From the human T2T-CHM13v2.0 reference genome, Homo sapiens: 64,000 nt of DNA. The stretch lies in the NCBI RefSeq assembly GCF_009914755.1, contig NC_060942.1. One strand, written 5' to 3'. Both the position numbers and the translations under genes were made by a program. This document shows positions 62,115 through 64,000 of this stretch, piece after piece; position 1 is the stretch's first letter, and every line of letters begins with the position of its first letter. The notes under the pieces are model-generated. The model was given only the letters and a program-made list of their open reading frames with translations, did no database searches and had not been told where the DNA came from.

Positions 62115-62784
62115 TTCTCATCATTTCAACCCCATGAGCAGTTTCACTTGTTAGTATCTCTTTGAGAATTCAGTGAGAAAGTATTTATTGATTATTCACT
62201 ATTTGCTTGATCACCTGAGACAGACACTGCCTTTAAGCTTCCGTTTACTGAGTTTGGGCCCAGACTTACAGAGTCAAACCGGGCTTTGCAGAGAGTATTA
62301 TATGTAAGCTGAGACCTGTAAGATGAGTTCCATGTTAAACACAGCATTTCTTACACACAGGATAGGAAAGGAACACTGACCCATGTTAGTATTTACCAAT
62401 TTGGTAAATTTTCAAGGCTGTTTTTGGATGTGGCTTAATGGGAAAGCCATGGTAACACATATGAGATAGCATTGTTTATATACTCTTAATCTTTTAAATT
62501 TGTTTTTCTAAAAGGTGGGTACTTGAGTAATGTCTGTTCATTCTTTTATCAAGTATTTGCTAAGCTTCTAACATGAGCCTCATCAATATGACATTTAGGA
62601 ATAAAGCTTGGTTTATCTCACTAGGGTGTCCTACCTCAGAAGGCTGTTTGGTTGAAGATGGAAATATTGTGAACATTGCTGACAATTCATTTATTCACTT
62701 CAATATCTCTTTGTGAGGTAACATATCAGTCAGTAGGGATACTATTGTGATCTTAGAAATAACCATAATAAAAGCAATAGGTAT

Positions 62785-62965
62785 GCCAGAAGCACTAAAT
62801 TTGAATCCCAGATGGTTCATTCTCTACCTTGAACAATTCACTTAACCCAACTCCTCTCTCCATAAAATGTGGCCAATAAGCCCTGCTAACTTCATAGGTT
62901 TATTGCAAGAATAAATTAAAAATATATAAAGCAATTTCTAAGCTGTAAAATGCTATGCACATTGT
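62785..62965 (+). mobile_element. MIR
   Basis: TTTGAATCCCAG…ACCTTGAACAATTCACTTAACC…CATAAAATG…CTTCATAGGTTTATTGCAAGAATAAATT. Confidence 0.65.
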
Positions 62966-63624
62966 TGGTATGTTTAAGTTTTTCTTCCCATTCTTCTGTG
63001 TGGCGATTACAGACAGAAAATCTGTCTTGTATCTCCTATTTAAGCAAAAGGAAGCAATTAAAGCTGCTTCCATCCTCCTTCTTGCAGCAGCTGACCGATT
63101 CTGATGGGCCAGCTTTATTGCCTCCCTCTTATCCCATCACACAAGTAACCTGCCTTGTGGGATTTGAACCGCTGTGTTCTGGCCTTGTGCCTTCTGTTAA
63201 GTGGATGTACGCCAAATTACTCGAGCAAAACTTCTCTATGGGGTCACTCCCACACAGAGAGCCAGTGCCAGGAAGTGGGGCGAGAAACCAGAGGACTCTA
63301 TTAAATTTCCCATTAACTTTGTTCATATGCCCCTACTTGACCTTTCCTTGGCTGTGTCTCCCTGCTGTCCCCTCATCCGAGCAAAAGGCTGCTAAGCTTC
63401 TAAATGACTTGGAGTGCCTTTGCACTGAGGGTTGAGAGGTGCAAAGGACTCTGCTGGGTACTAGACAGAATGGTCTTTCACAAGCAGTAATAAGTCACGT
63501 TTGAACCCAAGAAACAATTGTGCTTTCAGAAATTCTGTGGCTATTACTAAACATGATTTTTGTTAGTAACGAAATTCAAGTTATTGCTCTTAATTGGGCA
63601 GTGTGATTAGCAATTCAATAGTCC

Positions 63625-63856
63625 AAATATGTAGGTGCTAAACAATAAGTACACATGGAGATAAAGATGGAAATAATACATACCTGGGACTCCAAATGGG
63701 GCAAGGGTGGGAGGCGTGTGAGAGTTGGAAAGTTACCTACTGGGTGCAATGTTCAATATTTGGGTGATGGGTATACTACAAGTGCAATCTCCAACATTTC
63801 ACAATACACCCAGGTAACAAACATGCACATGTACCCCTTGAATGTAAAGTAAAATT
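63625..63856 (+). mobile_element. L1PB4-like 3'UTR fragment
   Basis: GCTAAACAATAAGTACACATGG…TTGGGTGATGGGTATACTA…GTAACAAACATGCACATGTACCCC. Confidence 0.8.
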
Positions 63857-64000
63857 CTCCAAATATTATTTCCTGTGAGCATTGACAATTATTCCTTAAT
63901 TTTAAAAAAAAAGCCTTTATCATCAAATTGGCACATGCAGGTGGTGGTGTCTAGAATTCTGGATATTTCTTGAAAATATGTATTGACTTTTTCAAAAGTA

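Noticed and set aside
62950-63435. 161-aa ATG ORF downstream of DCC
   Set aside because: Starts in a MIR tail, no recognisable domain or promoter/splice context; within the range of random ORFs

Overview
Human (AluYa5 present) genomic DNA carrying the 3' end of DCC (netrin-1 receptor) on the + strand. It contains the last three coding exons (27: 10427-10639, 28: 37741-37883, 29: 41686-41775, encoding the cytoplasmic P2/P3 tail ...QLNAITGSAF*), a ~5.2 kb 3'UTR ending after overlapping AATAAA signals at 46998-47007, and ~17 kb of downstream intergenic DNA. The rest is intron/intergenic sequence rich in repeats: a 5'-inverted old L1PA, a full-length dead L1PA2, a truncated L1PA with a probable 3' transduction, Alus (FAM, J, S, Y, Ya5), MIR/L2, MaLR/ERVL LTRs and DNA-transposon relics. 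Nearly all ORFs in the track are L1/Alu fragments or noise. I see no new protein-coding system. The most interesting unexplained structures are: a ~280-bp-arm inverted repeat at 56461-57685 that I cannot assign to a known family; two in-frame microexon candidates in intron 27; a probable L1 3' transduction; a templated insertion at 36.1 kb; a five-tract RNA G-quadruplex in the 3'UTR; and a PBX-HOX/MEIS motif cluster at ~15.2 kb. Repeat subfamily names come from recalled consensus diagnostics, and old-repeat boundaries are approximate.
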